Shown here in pieces: positions 51,839 through 64,000 of a stretch of 64,000 nucleotides of DNA. A program made the translations under genes and the position numbers. The DNA is taken from NCBI RefSeq assembly GCF_018350175.1, contig NC_058368.1:222582001-222646000 (forward strand), written 5' to 3'. Positions within the stretch are counted from its first letter, which is position 1. Every line of letters begins with the position of its first letter. Under the pieces are notes generated by a model. That model was not told where the DNA came from, did not search any database, and was given only the letters and a program-made list of their open reading frames with translations. Source of the DNA: Felis catus. Taxonomy: Eukaryota.

Positions 51839-54338
51839 AATATTTACTGTGTAACAATTAAAGCAGCTTGTGGTTAAAACTTCAGCATTCTTATAATATT
51901 GTCTGGCATGTACTTCCTCTCCTTAAATGAAAAAGGACACATTGACTTAGATCAACGGATATAATTTTTACCTGCTAAAATCAATATATGGAAATGTGTT
52001 TTCAAAAATCATATATTCCCACTAAAAGCTGATCTTTCAAATCCCCCAACACACATTTTTATAATACATTTGTTCCTTATAGTTGCCAAATAACATTTAG
52101 ATTAGACAATGAGTCTGTACTTACACTTAATTATCTCTATCCCAACCATTCCTCTAAATTTCTGGGATTTTCCCCGGGATTTTGTTTTGTTTTGTTTTGT
52201 TTGTTTTGTTTCTATCATATGGCAGGAATTTTATCATATAATGAGGTGAAGCAGAAAAACCCTGAAATGGACATTATGGGTTGCTTGGATATACATGTTT
52301 ATAAAAAATTAAATAGTTGAAAATTATGGCACACATTTTCTCAAGCATATTCTGATGTATTTAATTCATCTGAGGAAGACATTAAAAATGAATGAAACTG
52401 GTCTATGTATGCTTACAATATATTTGAATATGATGCTATTCAGAAGTTCTTGAACTACATCATTCAGCTGTTTTTTATTGTACAGAAATATCTTAAACAT
52501 ACTGAAATATGCATTCTTAGAATAATATCACAGACATCTACTCCTATCGTTTAACAAATGTTAAAAATTTATCTTTCTCAGTTTTAACAATGAATCATGA
52601 TGGATGTTATGAAAATCTTTTTGTCTCTCTGTTGCTCCTCTCCCTCGGAGATAAGCAATACCTTGAAGCCCATTTTCTAAATGCCCAATGTTTTAAAATA
52701 TAATTTATGTAAAAAAAGTTTTCTGTCTTTCAAAAATTGTACATAAGACATGATATGCCTTGTTTGGAAAAAAAAATATTCCTTAACAAAGGTTATGAGA
52801 TGTTAATAAGTTTAGGAGTAAACCACAGTGTGTCTTTCTCTTAGTTCACTTTGTGCTGCAAAAGCAGGTTATCTGAGTTCACTCTAAGGTTTCCAGGTAT
52901 CAGTGGATATTTTCCCCTGACACGCAGGGAGTCCCTAAGATTCAGTTGCCCTTAAATCTCGAAGTGATGGACAAAAGGGATTCATAAGCAGTTCATATAA
53001 ACAGTGCCCAAGTAGTTTATTGGACCATAAGTAGTCTATTGCTTCCTTCATTAAAAGATGCCTCTTGTGGGAAGGTAAGGATAGTGAAAAGTGGGAGGGG
53101 TTCCTTCAGAACAAAGTTCCGTGACCTCCATAAGCTACCCTGTAGATGAAAGAAAGATGGGAAAACCATGATTTCCCTTCTTTTCTTGACCCTGGACTTG
53201 AGTGTATTTCCCCAGTAAGGTCTGTTCTTTAATTTATGCCATGTGTGATGATATGAAATTCATTCTTGGCTGTATTGTGCAGCAGCTATTTTTTTTTTCA
53301 AAACAGTGATTTTCCTAGCATGTTTACTCACAGCCAGGTAGAGAAAATTCCTTCCCAGAATTCTACTTTTGGAAATGGCAGAAGGGATCAATAAGGACAC
53401 CGGAGCTGGAAGCCAGTCCCCGTGGGAGAAAAGATGACCTTCTAGGAGAACTGATGATTAGGGTCAACAGGTGTTAAAGTGAAAAGAGGCAGCAAGGAAT
53501 GTGGGCAGATAATTGGGAGAGCTAGTGATTGGGAAGCCAGATGTCAGTCAGACATCGTAGATTCCCTGAGAAGGTGACGTGCTTCTGCAGCTGCTGCAGT
53601 CCTGGCTGTACCCCAGGAAACTTGACAGCTGGCCACCACATGGGCTTGTCACACTACCTGGAAAATACCAAATCCATCCCTGCCATCGACCCCTGAATTC
53701 ATTCTTCTCCGAGCTCCTTCTATGGCATGCCCATTCTCAAATACTGTATTTCATCTCAAATGTCACATCTTTAGAGAAGCTTTCTCTCACCATCTTGTCT
53801 AAAATGGACTCTCTCAGTTACTGACTGGTTGATCCTATTTATTTCAGATAACTCATCAAAATCTATGGTTATTTGAATTATCTATGATTGATCAATTTTA
53901 TCTATCTATCTATCATCTATCATCTATCTATATAGCTATCCTTACATTCCCACTGGACTTTCATTCCATGTTCATTGTAATTATTATTATAATCATGGCA
54001 ATGCCCAATGACTACTTGGTAAGCTCTCAATCTTATTCCACCTACACTAACTTTTTTTGTGTGTGTGGAAAACTTTGAGAAGACTTCCCTAATTATCTTA
54101 CTATAACATTATGGATAATATAATTTATATACGCGCAACTTAAAAAATTCAGGATAATACACAAATTATAATATAAAAAAGAAAAAGGGAAGTAATTAAC
54201 AATAGAACAGGTAAGTACATTCCATTTCTCACAGTAGACTACAACAGGCATATGGTATAATATATAATAAAGTAATGATATTTATGTACCTACTGACAAA
54301 TCAGCAGGATTGTGATAGCCAAACGCTGATCCAAGTAG

Positions 54339-54579
54339 CAATAAAACCTTGGATTGTAGGTAACTTGTTCTGTGAGTGTTCCACAAGACAAGCAAACATT
54401 TCTAATAAATTTTAACTTGATAAACGAATGATATCTTACAATAAGAGTAATAAGTGATGCAGAACATCACATGATCACAAGTGAGACAATGGCTCTTGTA
54501 ATTCGCTTTGATACACAAATCCTTTGAGTTACAAGCATATTTCTGGAATGAATTATGCTTGAAAACCAATGTTTTACTG
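54339..54579. mobile_element. TcMar/Tigger-type MITE
   Basis: Terminal inverted repeats caataaaaccttgg ... ccaatgttttactg followed by TA; 241 bp. Confidence 0.8.
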
Positions 54580-54759
54580 TATATTGTATTAAAGGCTCAA
54601 ATATTATGGTACTACTATGGTAAATAATACTTGGTAAAACACTGAACAAATCGGAGAACAATTAGTCCTCAATTTATTAGGCAATTATAATTCTAAGAAA
54701 ATCTCTACAAAATCAAATGGTGTTTATTGCTGTTTCTTGTTTTTTGTTTTTTTTTTTTA

Positions 54760-55529
54760 ATTTTTAATTAAGGGTAGAAGTAACAAAAGTATCGGGGACA
54801 CAACTCAAGTCTGTAGCTTGATGGAGTTCTTCCTGTATATAGCCCTATATATTCTTCCTTCAGAAGAATATATAAATCATTTCAAGTACCTGGACGTCTC
54901 CTTCATGATTCTCTGGAGTTCATACCACTCCAAATATAACCACTGTTTTGATTCTTAGCACCGTAGATCAGTCATTCCTATAACCTTTTGTATATAGCTT
55001 ATCTGTTCAACATAATGTGATTTATTTATATTGTTACGAGTAGTTGTGTTTCTTTTTAATTATTGATGTATTATATTCCACTGCATGGATTTATTACTAT
55101 ATATTTACTCACTGATGGACACTTTGAAATATTTCCAGTTTGGCTCTTAAACATATTGCTGCTATGAATGTTTTTGTATGTCTTTTGGTAGACATCAACA
55201 CTCATCTATCTTATTTGAATAAAATAAAAATTTCTGTTTCCTAGAGCATAAATATTTAACTTTAGAAGATACTGCCAAACTGTTTTCCAAAAGGCCTGTG
55301 CCGATTTATATTTCCAAGCAATGTAAAAAATTATGTTTGTTTAACACTAGGTTTAATACTATGGATATTGTCAGATTTTTAACTGCAGCCATTCTGGTGA
55401 AGTGTATTAGCATCTTACTGGATTTTAATTTACTTTGAATTATTGTTTTCAAGCATGAAGCTTTCCTTTTCTTAACATTATCACTTGGTGTATATAAGGG
55501 TTCTTAATTAGAATAAAGTCTAGTGTGTG

Positions 55530-55565
<36 letters not shown>

Positions 55566-55870
55566 GTTAGAGTTATAGTTATATAGTTTATATATATATA
55601 GTTTACATATATACATATATATTTCATTTTAATGGTTTGTTCTTATTGTTGCAAAATTTTAGAATTATATGCCTATCCTAAAGTCATGAAGATACTTCCA
55701 TATATTTTAATGTAGAAACATTACTCCTATATTTTATTTTTATATTTCTATTCCATCAAAACTTAATCATTCTGTACTATGAGATATAGCAATCAAATTT
55801 AATTTTTATATGTTTTTTCAATATTGATATAAACTATTTAATGTAAAGACTTCTTTCCATAAAGAATGGA
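54760..55870 (-). mobile_element. Old L1M 3' region with embedded (TA)n
   Basis: tgatggacactttg...ccagtttgg...gctgctatgaa...atactgccaaactgttttccaaa. Confidence 0.75.
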
Positions 55871-55929
55871 CTCTTCATTCTGCAGTTGGTCTACCCTTGA
55901 ACCAATACTATTCTCTCATTTGGATATCT

Positions 55930-56390
55930 TTTGAAAATACAGACCAAAAGACATAACTAATATGCCAAAAATTCAGAAAAAAATCTAAAAAAGTTACATT
56001 AATCAAAAGAATACAGAAAAGATGAAAAATGACAAAATTACAGTTGGCACAAATAGGAAACAAATGGAAGGCAACAGATTTAAATTCAACCACATTGATA
56101 ATTATAATAAATTTAAAAGCAGACATTGCCAGATTGGATAAAAAAGAATGATTCAACTGTAGACTTCCTACAAGAAACTCATTTTAAATATTGACGACAT
56201 AAGTTAAAACATAAAACTAGATGTATCAAGCAAATGCCAGTCAAAAGAGAGTTGGAGGGTTATAATTTATATCAAGCAAAGTACAGGACAAGGAAGCTAT
56301 TTCATAATGATAAGAGGACAAGGTCAACAAAAGGACAGAAATTTGGACCATCAAGAGGACACCAACCAACATAGCTTCAAAATTTTCAAG
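55930..56390 (+). mobile_element. Old L1M fragment spanning the ORF2 start
   Basis: cagattggataaaaaag...tacaagaaactcattttaaata...ttcataatgataag. Confidence 0.7.
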
Positions 56391-56566
56391 TGAAGAATTG
56401 CTCAGAAAGAATTTTCATTGATGGAGTATTCATAAACTAGACAGTACATTGTCTTGTTATCGCTTTAATTTATTTATCCATCATGTATGGAAAATGTTTG
56501 TATGCACCATGTTACCAACTATAAACTGAAAGCATGGTTGTATATGAAAATTATTTCAGACAATGG

Positions 56567-56930
56567 GCTACTACGTGGCAATGAGAAAGAATGAAATAAG
56601 GCCTTTTGTAGCAATGTGGATGGAACTGGAGAGTGTTATGCTAAGTGAAATAAGTCATACAGAGGAAGACAGATACCATATGTTTTCACTCTTATGGGGA
56701 TTCCGAGAAACTTAACAGAAGTCCATGGGGGAGGGGAAGAAAAAAAAGGAGGTTAGAGTGGGAGCAAGCCAAAGCATAAGAGACTCTTAAAAACTGAGAA
56801 CAAACTGAGGGTTGATGGGGGGGTGGGAGGGATGGGAGGGTAGGTGATGGGTATTGAGGAGGGCACCTTTTGGGATGAGCACTGGGTGTTGTATGGAAAC
56901 CAATTTGACAATAAATTTCATATTAAAAAA
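56567..56930 (+). mobile_element. Felid L1 (L1_Fc-type) 3' end
   Basis: gcaatgagaaagaatgaaat...ggaaaccaatttgacaataaatttcatattaaaa; TSD aaaatt(a/g)ttt(c/t)aga. Confidence 0.95.
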
Positions 56931-57400
56931 ATTGTTTTAGAAGGGAATAATTGCAAAGGTGTAGGCATTATGTAGAGGGATAAAAAGAAATAGGGCAGGT
57001 ACAGACATAAAAGGTGTTACTGGTTTGGGCTGGAGGAGATGACGAGGGGTCAGTTAAGGGGAACCAGAGAGTCATGACCAGATCTCATGGAGAAGGAGCA
57101 GCAGTATTTGGTTGATGAGTTCAACAAGCTCAAGGTAACAACTCTAAAAGGGATCCAGGGAATTAATACTTTACCTTCAATTTCCATCCTTCCCTCCCTT
57201 TCCACAGCTTCCAAATTCTCTTCCAGGGTCTCCCATTTACCAAAACCTACTGGATACCAGAGAACATGGAAACCTAAATCAGTGTCCTGGGCAGAGGACA
57301 GGTGAAAGATGAAGATAGCTTTTCTTGGAGTAAATAGATGTATAGCCCAGTGGTCATAAAGAAATAGAAGATTATTTTTACAAATTGATTCAAGATTTTG

Positions 57401-57732
57401 TGTTATGGGTTCAATGATCTCCCCCAATTTATATGTTGAAGTCGGTATCCCCCAAATAGCTCAGGAGGTGACTTTATTTGTAAATAGGATCGTCGCAGAC
57501 ATTAGTTAAGATGAGGTCGTAGAGGATTAAGGTGGCATGATAATCCATTCTATGCAATGTCATTTAGAAAAAGGACATGTGGACACAGGCACACAAACAG
57601 GGAGAATTCTATGTAAAGATTCAAGTTATGCTGCCAGAAGCCAAGGGGTGACCAGCAGCTAGCGGACCTGGAACTGATTCTTCCCAACAACTTAAGAAGG
57701 AGCACAGAACTTCTGGCACCTTGAACTTGGAT
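57401..57732 (+). mobile_element. MLT1 (A/B-like) MaLR LTR, partial
   Basis: tgttatgggttcaa...tatgttgaagtc...attagttaagatgaggtc. Confidence 0.82.
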
Positions 57733-57844
57733 GGGAATTTATAAATTTAACACATTTTCCTGCATCAACGGAATTTCTCCTATAGCATAGATACATGTAA
57801 TAATTAGGACACATTACATTTGTAATTGTGCCATTACATTATAA

Positions 57845-58295
57845 ATATTTTTAATATTATAAATACTTTTTCAAGTTTATTTCATTTGAGAAAAAGATAC
57901 AGAGCAAGTAGGGGAGGGACAGGGAGAGGGAGACAGAATCCCAAGCAGGCTCCTGACTGCCTGCCGGGACAGAGCTCAATGCGGGGCTTGAACCCATGAA
58001 TCTCGGTATCATGACCTCAGCTGAAGTTGAGTCATGGGGCAGCCTGGGTGGCTCAGTCGGTTGAGTGTCCGACTTCAACTCAGGTCATGATCTTACAGTC
58101 CGTGAGTTCAAGCCCCACTTTGGTCTCTGTGCTGATGGCTCAGAGCCTGGAGCCTGCTTCGGATTCTGTGTCTCCCTCTCTCTGTCCCTCCCCTCTCATG
58201 CTCTGTCTCTCTCTCTCTCTCTCTCTGTCAAAAAATAAGTACATTAAAAAAAAAAAGAGTCAGATGCTTATCCAACTGAGCCACCCAGACACCCC
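57845..58295 (-). mobile_element. Can-SINE split by an inner SINE
   Basis: Body runs to 58034 and resumes at 58257-58295; TSD tgtgcc(a/g)ttacatt at 57827 and 58296. Confidence 0.93.
58036..58256 (+). mobile_element. Can-SINE nested antisense in another SINE
   Basis: Full element flanked by duplicated gagtca. Confidence 0.96.
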
Positions 58296-58371
58296 TGTGC
58301 CGTTACATTTTGGAGGATGTATTTATTAAGTCTGAGCTGATGGGATCTTTAAACATGAAGCTGCTTGTATG

Positions 58372-58812
58372 TTGCGATGATTAGTTTATGTGTTGACTTG
58401 GGTAGGCTACAGCACTCAGTTATTTAATCACACATTAAGTGTTGCTGCAAAGATATTTCATAGATGTGGTTAACTACTCCCATCAGTTGAGTTTAGGTAA
58501 AGGAATTATACTCAATAATTCAGGGACAGGGGCTCATCCAATCAGTTGAAAGACTTAATAACAAAAACAGATTTCCTGGTGAGGAAAACTTTCTAAAAAA
58601 AACTGTAGTAGCAATCCTTACTGACTTTTCAGTCTCCTGGTCTCCCCTGTAGATTTTGGACTTGCCAGCCCCCACAGTCATTTGAGCCAATTCCCAATTC
58701 CAGTATATAAATTGATAGGGAGAGAGGGGGAGAGAAAGATACATGCATACATAGATATAGGTATATAGACATAGATACATATTTTGTTTTATTTCTCTGA
58801 GAATCCTTACTC
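58372..58812 (+). mobile_element. MLT2 (ERVL) LTR
   Basis: tttatgtgttgacttgggtaggctac...ctcatccaatcagttgaaagacttaata...tttctctgagaatcct. Confidence 0.85.
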
Positions 58813-58859
58813 ATATAGATGCTTCCCGTTGCTTTTGAGAACGTAGGCTCATCTCTACA

Positions 58860-58910
58860 TTCCTTTCCTCCTTTCTTCCTTTCTTTCCTTCTTTCTTTCT
58901 TTTTCTTTCT

Positions 58911-58950
<40 letters not shown>

Positions 58951-59198
58951 TCATTTCTTCTTTCTTTCTTCTTTCTTCTTTCTTCTTTCTTTTTTCTTCT
59001 TTCTTTCAGTTTATTTATTTATTTAGATAGGGAGAAAGAGCATAAGTGGGGGGGCGGAGAGAGAGAGAGTTTCCCAAGCAAGCTCCAAGCTGTTAGAGCA
59101 GAGCCTAACACAGGGCTCGAACTCACAAACTGTGAAATCATGACCTGAGCCAAAATCAGGAGTCTGGCCCTTAACCTCCTGAGTCACCCAGGTGCCCC
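58860..59198 (-). mobile_element. Can-SINE with long (GAAA)n-type tail
   Basis: SINE body 59005-59198 contiguous with (TTTC)n at 58860-59005. Confidence 0.93.
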
Positions 59199-59535
59199 TA
59201 TGCAACAGTTCTTAACAGAGGTTGTGGGAGAAGAGGAACTAATTGACGTCTGCTGTTTTTTTGTAACACATTCCATTTAAAAAGTAGAGAACAAGGACTC
59301 CCAAGTTAACACAAGATAATTTCTAATTTTTAGAAAACCATAGAATTGGTTCACAGTCATTTCCTCAGCCTCTTTTAAAAATAATTGTATGTAAAATTCA
59401 AGATAACCTCACAAATGTTCAGTGTCTGCTGATAGATGGAATCAGGACTCACTTGGGGTCTTAGGTGGGCAATCATAGAAAGGCATTCTGGGTAGTGATG
59501 TGATTTCACCTGAAGTAGGACAGTAGTAAGAGAAA

Positions 59536-59538
<3 letters not shown>

Positions 59539-59589
<51 letters not shown>

Positions 59590-59787
59590 TTTTTTATTTT
59601 ATTTATTTTGAGAGAGAATGAGAGAACAGGGGAGAGGCAGAGAGAGAAGGGGAGAGAGGATCTTAAGCATGCTCTGTGCTGTCAGCCCAGAGCCCAACTT
59701 GGGGGCTCAAACTCATGAATTATGAGATCGTGACCTGAGCTGAAACCAAGAGTAAGAAGCTTAACCAACTGAGCCACCCAAGCACAC
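59539..59787 (-). mobile_element. Can-SINE with (TA)n at its tail end
   Basis: TSD gagaa(a/t)gtct; (TA)n at 59539-59586 lies inside the TSDs. Confidence 0.93.
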
Positions 59788-60882
59788 TGAGAATGTCTTC
59801 ATACTAAACAAACAAAAAAAAAAAAGTAAAAAAAAAAGTAAAAAAAAAAAGTAAAATTCTCACAATATGCCAGAGGGAACATTGGCAATAAATTTAAGTG
59901 CACTGGTCTCTCCTCCTACCTCCTACTCACCAAAGTCCAGATTTCTGACAACAGATTTAAAGACATGTGTTATGTAAACCTTTTGTTGAAACAGTCCTTG
60001 ATTTCTTTTTATGTACTATAAAATAATGTTTATTTTCAGTAAATATTTTAAGATTTATGTTATTTACTTAACATATAAAAATGTCTTAACTAAATTGTGT
60101 GTAAAAATCTTACCATATTCCAAATTCAAGTATAAATGTCTGCATGTATTGACTGTTTTAAAGGTATTTCAGATCCTTAGAAAGTAAAATAATTGAAAAG
60201 TGGAGACTAGTGTGAAAAAAAAAATCCTAATTAAAATTGTAATTTTATTCTTTAGCTGTAACTCCTCACTCCATTTTTCCAATCCGACAGTTATGCAAAC
60301 AAAATGGTTTGACAATTATGGCTCAAATTTCTAGTGAGCAATTTTATATGTCTCCCAATTCTTCTTAGTTAAAAAATGACCCAAACCCAAGCAATTCTAA
60401 CTTGTGTGCAGAAAAAGCCTCTGTGAACCATAAACCTCCTAGTAACCCCAATTTCATTTATTTATTAGGTTTCTTATTTCTTTTTTATTTCCTTTATGTT
60501 AAAATTGTTACATTTGTTGAACTTCTCCAGAGAGTTTCTGGTGGGACAAGCATTCATCATGATGGATAATCTTAGCCCACAAACTTTAAGTACAAAGTGG
60601 CAGAAATTTTTGTCTTCTTTTAGAATTAATTTACAAACTACTCACGTCCCCCCCACCTCTAAAATCTCTTCATGTTTAAGTGTTAGTTACAGGCAGGTGT
60701 ATGTATCTGCCATTCTCTCTTTGTACCGTTCATATATTTTATTACCAATGCCTGTAGCTTTAAAACTGTTGACAAAATATTTCTCCTTTTAATTGCATTT
60801 CTGTTTTTTTTCTCTTCAAATAAAGCACCTACTTAAAATCATAATTCACTATATTTCTGCATATGTATATTTCCATACATAG

Positions 60883-60883
<1 letters not shown>

Positions 60884-60953
<70 letters not shown>
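60884..60953. repeat. (CA)n-(TG)n inverted microsatellite
   Basis: 33-nt CA run immediately followed by a 37-nt TG run. Confidence 0.97.
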
Positions 60954-60955
<2 letters not shown>

Positions 60956-61764
60956 CAACTCACAGGAAACCCACATTTTATGTCTTACCCTTGATCTGTC
61001 TTCTAGGTATGAAGCTACAAGAGACTTGCCTCAGTATCCTCTCTGTACATTTTTCTCCTTGGATCCTTTCCCTAGAAACCCTAAATATTTCTTCCCTAAA
61101 TCCACATTGGACTTCCTGTTTTCTTTCTAGTTTGATAGACAGCATTGCTCATATCACTGGTACCTTTTCTTCCTGTGATAATATTGATTTTTTTTCTTTC
61201 TTAGTTTTTTTTTTTTTAACTTGCAATTCTCAGCCACCACTTTAAACTTCTAGTTTCACTTTTCCCTTTTTATGTCTTGAAAGCTTGTGATTTTTTTCTC
61301 CCCATATGTATAATTCAAGGAAAAAAGTAGAATATAGGGTGAATTTCCAAAGTGTATTTGAAGGGATTCTTAATAAAATGAATATGATAGCAATGGTACC
61401 ATCAGCTCTAACTTCTATAAAACTTCATAACTATCCATTAGATAGATTAGGCAGCACCATTATTTATGTCAAAGCAGGATGCTTCCTATGGTAGCAAAAC
61501 CTTCTCACTGCAGAATTACTGCAATCTGTTCCAGAAAGAAAACTAAATTAAAACATCTGAGTAAATATGTTCTTAGGGGGAAAGATTATCCACTTTTCTA
61601 TAAGATCACAAGATGATACTCTCTTTTTTTTGTATGATGACACAAAGTCAATAACCATTCCCATAGATATTTAACAGTCTCACTAAAGCCTGTGATGTTT
61701 CAAATACCTGTGTACAATGCTAGAAATCAATCTGCTTCGACATCACGACGTTTCTTTTTTCCAG

Positions 61765-61854
61765 AGATTGAAAGGCCAGATGAGGAGGAGCAGTATGTAT
61801 TTAAGTAATTCAATGAAAACTCAGGCCACAGAAAAAGAAATGATACAATTGAAG
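61765..61854 (+). other. Candidate 90-nt exon
   Basis: Acceptor tttcttttttccag, donor AAG/gtaagc; frame 0 open (RLKGQMRRSSMYLSNSMKTQATEKEMIQLK). Confidence 0.35.
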
Positions 61855-62745
61855 GTAAGCAATACACAAAACTCACTGCAAAACATCTGCAGACCAAGAA
61901 CCGGTGCTTTGGCTGTGTTTAAAGCTAGTGCTAACAGCACCATGCATCTTAGCACCAGATGCACCCCCAGTCATATGTACCTTTACTCGTAGTACCAGTT
62001 CACATCCACCTGATCCCTCAACTCTAGCTAGAGACACACTTTAAGCAGAGTTCAGGCCACTGCATGGAAGGAACACGGGTCTCCTCTTCTTCTGCTCTGC
62101 AGATTCCCTGTTGGATTTCCTGTTTCATTTCAGCTCTCCATTTGAACCTAGGAGAGTCAAGAGTTTATATACTTCTTGCACAAAGAAATTAGGTGACCAG
62201 CTCTCCTCATTCTATTCCTAGAGCTCAGAAATGGTTTGGAAAAATTGTTGTGTCCCTTATGCTGACATTTTTAAAAAGCCTTTTATAATAGCCTACTAAT
62301 TCACTGTCCTAACCACTTCTTGTATAAGAAGAATCCTGGGATTGGGAAATACACATTTTTCCCCTTTAATTTTTATATGGTGAAGTTCTCTTAAACTTTG
62401 CTAAAAATTGTATAGCTCTTGCAGAGGCTTTGGGTGTCTTTCTTCTTCAGTTATATCAGATGGCCTTTGACTTTGACCCTGTGTAGTAGGGTTAGTACCT
62501 TGGGAAGTAGGGGGGGATGTTTTGTAAATGACATTTTAATCTTACCCCAATATTGTTGGTATTCAAGACACCAGACTTATTTCCTATCTCAAAATATACC
62601 ACTTGCTGGTTATAATGTGGTTTATTATGGCATATTTTCCTTGATGTTTATTACTATAGGATTCAAGGTTGCAGATAATAAAACCAGTTCAACTATTCTA
62701 GCAGTAAGAGATTTAGTAAGGATAATATTTTTGTCACAGACTCAC

Positions 62746-62881
62746 CAGGAGAGGTGAGAACCAGGCTGGGATTCTACATATTCAGAAACTATACGTTCAG
62801 GAGAGGCAATTGAGATAATTTTGTCAACAACCACATGCAAACACTCTTCTAATAGAAATACCGCTTTACTTTGCTTGGCAT
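62746..62881 (-). other. Candidate 136-nt exon
   Basis: Acceptor ttcttgtttctaccccctatcgttttag, donor CTG/gtgagt; one open frame AKQSKAVFLLEECLHVVVDKIISIASPERIVSEYVESQPGSHLS. Confidence 0.4.
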
Positions 62882-63464
62882 CTAAAACGATAGGGGGTAG
62901 AAACAAGAATTCTGCTTCTGCTATTCCCCCCGCCCCCCAAACAGACACATTCACTACCATGCTTGCTAGCAGATATGGTCTGCTGTATTAGGTACACCCT
63001 CTCACTTGGCTTGTTTCCACTTTCAAGTCTCATGAAGACATTTTGAGTGGCAGATAAAAAGACACAGCAACAAGTTATCTGAAGGTAAACCTAAAATATG
63101 CAGATTTGTACTTCAGTACAGGAAGACCTATAATACAGATGACCTGGAAAAGGAGTTTGACGAGATTGGGACGTGCGACTTTTACAGTAACATGTATCAA
63201 CTGTGGTCATCTATACTTGGAGTTTTAAAGAAGTTTGGTTTAACTCATCCGTTCTGCAACTCAGAAAAATGCAATGGCTCTCCAACATTTTGTGAATTTC
63301 TAAGGGTTTAATTCTCTTGGAAAACCCTTGTTTTGATACCCTGTTTCCATTAATCATCTATCTCATCTTCATTTCAACCCAAAACCTGAGATCTCCTTTT
63401 CCCTGAACTGACTCAGAATTGAATCAGTCCCAGTCACTCTGTATACCACACATGTTTGTATTTA

Positions 63465-63690
63465 TTTATTTTTTTTAATTTTTTCAACGTTTTTTATTTA
63501 TTTTTGGGACAGAGAGAGACAGAGCATGAACGGGTGAGGGGCAGACAGAGAGGGAGACACAGAATCGGAAACAGGCTCCAGGCTCCGAGCCATCAGCCCA
63601 GAGCCTGACGCAGGGCTTGAACTCCCGGACCGCGAGATTGTGACCTGGCTGAAGTCGGACGCTTAACCGACTGCGCCACCCAGGTGCCCC
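63465..63690 (-). mobile_element. Young felid Can-SINE
   Basis: Near-consensus body; TSD acatgtttgtattta. Confidence 0.97.
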
Positions 63691-63939
63691 TACATGTTTG
63701 TATTTAAAAGATTATTCTGGTATTATCATCAGTTCCTTTAACCTAGCTCCTCTTCCCAACTGGTCTCTGATGCCATGTTGCTCTACCCAACCCTCTATTC
63801 CTCCCCTACTTCTCACCCAACCACACCTTCAAGTCCCCACTCAGTTCTTACTTCTCACCATTTACCTATCTCCTTGGATAACCATCGCTCTTTCAAGATA
63901 AACTCAGAGAACCTCAACTTTAAAAGAGGATGTGTTTCT

Positions 63940-64000
63940 GGGACACCTGGATGGCTCAGTTTGTTAAGCGTCCAACTCTTGGTTTCCGCTCTCATCATGG
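63940..64000 (+). mobile_element. Can-SINE 5' part, cut by the window end
   Basis: gggacacctggatggctcagtttgttaagcgtccaactc. Confidence 0.88.

Noticed and set aside
57050..57427. 125-aa minus ORF and 72-aa plus ORF
   Set aside because: Overlap old MaLR-like LTR sequence; no recognisable protein.
1..64000. tRNA genes, CRISPR arrays, CpG-island promoter or prokaryotic-type systems
   Set aside because: All tRNA-like heads belong to Can-SINEs. There is no regularly spaced repeat-spacer array and no CpG island, and the sequence is mammalian.

Overview
AT-rich, repeat-dense mammalian genomic DNA from a felid (cat-like). The assignment rests on about 29 tRNA-derived Can-SINEs of the SINEC_Fc type and a felid-type L1 3' end. 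I recognise no protein-coding gene, CpG island, rRNA, tRNA or CRISPR array. Nearly all long ORFs in the supplied track are SINE, L1 or microsatellite artefacts. The window holds carnivore SINEs (several young, with clean TSDs), carnivore and older L1 fragments, MaLR/ERVL/ERV LTRs, hAT and Tigger DNA-transposon relics, L2/MIR remnants and microsatellites. It looks intergenic or deep-intronic. The best-supported oddities are structural: a perfect 50-bp microsatellite palindrome with a mirrored CG interruption, a second (CA)n/(TG)n cruciform candidate, an L1 with a twin-priming-like 5' inversion, SINE-in-SINE nests and a complete solo LTR inside an older L1. A speculative minus-strand chain of phase-compatible exon-like segments (63006-63033, 62746-62881, 45006 downward) and several plus-strand exon-like segments might belong to unannotated transcripts. 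I found no convincing new biological system. Repeat family names come from recalled consensus sequences and need Dfam/RepeatMasker confirmation.
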